Shown here: in pieces, positions 34,559 to 37,010 of the stretch | Layout: each line of letters begins with the position of its first letter | Position numbering within the stretch: the stretch's first letter is position 1 | From: Nocardioides sp. | Lineage (GTDB): Bacteria > Actinomycetota > Actinomycetes > Propionibacteriales > Nocardioidaceae | Reading direction: 5' to 3' | NCBI GenBank assembly: GCA_049583575.1 | Contig: JBAUWD010000383.1 | Location: forward strand, 1 to 37,010 | DNA length: 37,010 nucleotides | Notes under the pieces: model-generated | What the model saw: only the letters and a program-made list of their open reading frames with translations | Database searches by the model: none | What the model was told of the DNA's origin: nothing | Position numbers and translations under genes: made by a program

Positions 34559-35671
34559 GTGACGTTGCAACAAGGTGCAGTGACCCGATCCGCCGTCGAC
34601 CTGCCCCTCCCCGTGATGCGCAGCGGCATCGAGCTGGTGCCGACCCAGGACGAGCCGCAGACCGGCAAGGAGTACACCAGCGACCAGGAGGTGCGCTGGT
34701 GCCCGGGCTGCGGCGACTATGCGGTGCTCAAGGCCGTGCAGGGCTTCCTGCCCGACCTCGGCCTGCGCCGCGAGAACATCGTGTTCGTCTCCGGCATCGG
34801 CTGCTCGTCGCGCTTCCCCTACTACCTCGAGACCTACGGCATGCACTCGATCCACGGGCGCGCCCCGTCGATCGCCACCGGCATCGCGACCGCGCGCGAG
34901 GACCTCTCGGTCTGGGTGGTCACCGGCGACGGCGACGCGCTCTCGATCGGCGGCAACCACCTGATCCACGCCCTGCGCCGCAACGTGAACATGACGATCC
35001 TGCTGTTCAACAACCGGATCTACGGGCTGACCAAGGGGCAGTACTCCCCCACCTCCGAGACCGGCAAGGTCACCAAGTCCACGCCGATGGGCTCGCTCGA
35101 CCACCCGTTCAATCCCGTCTCACTGGCCCTCGGCGCCGAGGCGACGTTCGTGGCCCGCACCATCGACTCCGACCGCAAGCACCTCACCGCGGTGCTGTCG
35201 GCGGCCGCCGCCCACCGCGGCACGTCGCTGGTGGAGATCTACCAGAACTGCCCGATCTTCAACGACGGCGCCTTCGACGCCATCAAGAACAACGACACCA
35301 AGGCCGACGCGATCATCCCGCTGGTGCACGGCGAGGCGGTCCGCTTCGGTGTCGAGGGAGCCAAGGGGCTTGTCCGCGACACGAAGACCGGCGGGGTCAA
35401 GGTCGTGTCGGTCGCCGACGTGGGTGAGGGCTCGCTGCTCGTCCACGACGCCCACAACCCCGACCCGACTCTCGCCTTCGCGATCTCGCGGCTGACCGAC
35501 GCGGGCTACCTCAACCAGTCGCCGATCGGGATCTTCCGGCAGGTCGAGCGGCCGACGTACGACGACCTGGCCCGCGACCAGATCGCCGAGGCCGCCACGC
35601 AGGTGTCCGGGGCCGCCACCAAGCGGCTCGGCGCCCTGATCGGCGGCGGCGACACCTGGACCGTCGTCTGA
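34559..35671 (+). CDS. korB: 2-oxoacid:ferredoxin oxidoreductase beta subunit (TPP-binding)
   Basis: WCPGCGD, SGIGCSSR, GDGD..SIGGNH, NNRIYGLTKGQ.SPT and QNC motifs. Exact start uncertain. Confidence 0.95.
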   Translation: MTLQQGAVTRSAVDLPLPVMRSGIELVPTQDEPQTGKEYTSDQEVRWCPGCGDYAVLKAVQGFLPDLGLRRENIVFVSGIGCSSRFPYYLETYGMHSIHGRAPSIATGIATAREDLSVWVVTGDGDALSIGGNHLIHALRRNVNMTILLFNNRIYGLTKGQYSPTSETGKVTKSTPMGSLDHPFNPVSLALGAEATFVARTIDSDRKHLTAVLSAAAAHRGTSLVEIYQNCPIFNDGAFDAIKNNDTKADAIIPLVHGEAVRFGVEGAKGLVRDTKTGGVKVVSVADVGEGSLLVHDAHNPDPTLAFAISRLTDAGYLNQSPIGIFRQVERPTYDDLARDQIAEAATQVSGAATKRLGALIGGGDTWTVV

Positions 35672-35832
35672 CCGGGTCGACCCCGCACTTCCGGACGATG
35701 CCGGCGTCCACCTTGCACAGCGCCACCGGAGGGCTCCGCACGGCGCGATCCAGTGGGAAGGAAGACCTCGAGCCGTCCACTGTCCATCGGGGGCTTCAGG
35801 TTGCCAGCCCGCGTCTTCGCCGCCAGTGCGGC

Positions 35833-35976
35833 GATGGCGAGCCCTTCTACGACGTCCCGATCGTGGACATCCTCACGGTGCTCGTCCTGGCCGGGCTGGA
35901 CGCCACTCGCGGCCGGCTGAGCTACCTCGGCGCACGTCGTCGGCGGTCGAGCAGTCACTGCGGCTGTGCACGATCG
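35833..35976 (+). pseudogene. Fragmented remnant of a paralog of the upstream P450
   Basis: 35864-35894 is identical to 31910-31940 (31 nt). DGEPFYDVPIVDILTVLVLAGLDATRGRLSYL aligns with DSEPLDDGLILDILTVLVLAGLDTTRGQLGYL; after a deletion and frameshift SAVEQSLRLCTI aligns with SAVEESLRLYTI. Confidence 0.85.
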
Positions 35977-36045
35977 CCGGCTCCTGCCCGGAGCGCGCCA
36001 GCTTCTTCGTGGGGACTCACCCGCCCGTCGTGCACGGACCGTTCC

Positions 36046-36798
36046 TCACAGCGCTCCGCGGCCGGCTGCGACTCCTCCGTCGATGACGAGGTCGGTGCCG
36101 GTCACGTACGAGCTGTCGTCGCCGGCGAGGTACAGCACGGCCCGGGCGACCTCCTGGGGAGTTCCGCGACGGCTCAGCGGGATCGTGCGCAGGTAGGAAC
36201 CCCAGTCGACGTCGGCGAAGTCCGGTGTGTCGGTGATCGTGGTGTCGATGCTGCCCGGACACACGGTGTTGACCCGCACACGGCGCGCCGCGAGCTCGAG
36301 GGCTGCGACGCGGGTCAGGGCCGACACTGCCGCCTTGGAGGCGACGTAGGCGCCCAGGTTGGCCGTGGGCAGCACCCCGTTGAGGGAGGAGATGTTGATG
36401 ATCGACCCACCGTCGACGAGGTGGCGGCCTGCCAGCCGGACACCCAGGAACGTGCCTGTCAGGTTGAGCTCCACGATCCGGCGGAACTCCTCCGCGGAGG
36501 TATCGACGAGCGGTCGCCTCAGTGCGGCACCGGCGCAGTTGACCAGTGTGGTCCACCGGGACGAGGGCCGCTGAAGGACGTCGAGGGCCGCCGTCCAGGA
36601 GTCCTCCCGGGTGACGTCGAGCGCGACGAACTCCGCACGGTCGCCTAGATCCTGCACCAGCGACTCTCCCGCGCTGCGGTCAACGTCGGCCACGAACACC
36701 CTCGCACCCTCGCGGTGCAGGAGACGCGCCACGGCAGTACCGATGCCGCCAGCGGCGCCGGTGACGAGGGCTGTCTTGCCCGTGCAACCCGACGTCAC
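36046..36798 (-). CDS. SDR family oxidoreductase
   Basis: TGAAGGIG, LDVT, YVASK and DGG motifs. Start uncertain (GTG at 36798 or 36810). Confidence 0.9.
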   Translation of the reverse strand: MTSGCTGKTALVTGAAGGIGTAVARLLHREGARVFVADVDRSAGESLVQDLGDRAEFVALDVTREDSWTAALDVLQRPSSRWTTLVNCAGAALRRPLVDTSAEEFRRIVELNLTGTFLGVRLAGRHLVDGGSIINISSLNGVLPTANLGAYVASKAAVSALTRVAALELAARRVRVNTVCPGSIDTTITDTPDFADVDWGSYLRTIPLSRRGTPQEVARAVLYLAGDDSSYVTGTDLVIDGGVAAGRGAL

Positions 36799-36842
36799 TC
36801 GAGACTCCACGCGGCTGACGTGTCGATCGAGAGGGTCGCCAT
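36795..36842 (-). other. 15-codon micro-ORF (MATLSIDTSAAWSLE*) coupled to the SDR
   Basis: GGAGG RBS 6 nt before the ATG. TGA overlaps the SDR GTG (GTGA). Confidence 0.4.
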
Positions 36843-36864
36843 GACCTGCCTCCACACGATGGTG

Positions 36865-36905
36865 CCGGCGGGTCCGGTGCCGCGACCGGTGACCGGACCC
36901 GCCGG
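36865..36905 (-). terminator. 14-bp stem-loop after the edge gene
   Basis: CCGGCGGGTCCGGT-N13-ACCGGACCCGCCGG; no U-tract. Confidence 0.6.
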
Positions 36906-36918
36906 GGTCAGTGTCTGG

Positions 36919-37010
36919 TCAGGACTTGCCCCAGAGCTGCTTGAACTGCGCCTGGTAGTCGGCGACGACCGGGAATGCCGCCGACGTGTCCGCCGGGACG
37001 GAGTCCTTCT
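36919..37010 (-). CDS. C-terminus of a gene entering from the right edge; possibly an ABC-transporter substrate-binding protein
   Basis: KDSVPADTSAAFPVVADYQAQFKQLWGKS*. The DY..QF..LW tail resembles actinobacterial sugar-type binding proteins (recognition from memory only). Confidence 0.45.
   Translation of the reverse strand, partial: KDSVPADTSAAFPVVADYQAQFKQLWGKS

Overview
High-GC actinobacterial DNA (Nocardioides-like, by inference) in two parts. (1) Positions 1-3250 are a mobile-element junction: the right end of an IS3-family element that truncates an unknown gene, a complete IS256 (400-1803, 29-bp imperfect terminal inverted repeats, 8-bp target duplication GAACCCGC), a tyrosine recombinase, and a 3' tRNA-Met fragment plus hairpin (3166-3245) that looks like the att boundary of an island extending to the right. 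(2) Positions ~3700-37010 are one large acyl-CoA/lipid catabolic cluster: thiolases, crotonases, SDRs, four acyl-CoA dehydrogenases, two APH-fold kinases, CoA ligase, MBL hydrolase, EthD, MaoC, PHA synthase, NTF2-like proteins, an OYE flavoenzyme, ALDH and a TetR regulator. Main observations: a P450-ferredoxin-korAB operon with no ferredoxin reductase in the window; a phaC gene embedded in an lvaA/lvaC-like kinase-ACAD-MaoC operon; an AT-rich palindrome (AACTGAATTCAGTT) found 10 times, always in promoter regions; a pair of micro-ORFs with their own copy of that palindrome; and several collapsed genes that kept their ends but lost their middles. Protein calls rest on motifs read by eye; no database search was run and the substrate is unknown.
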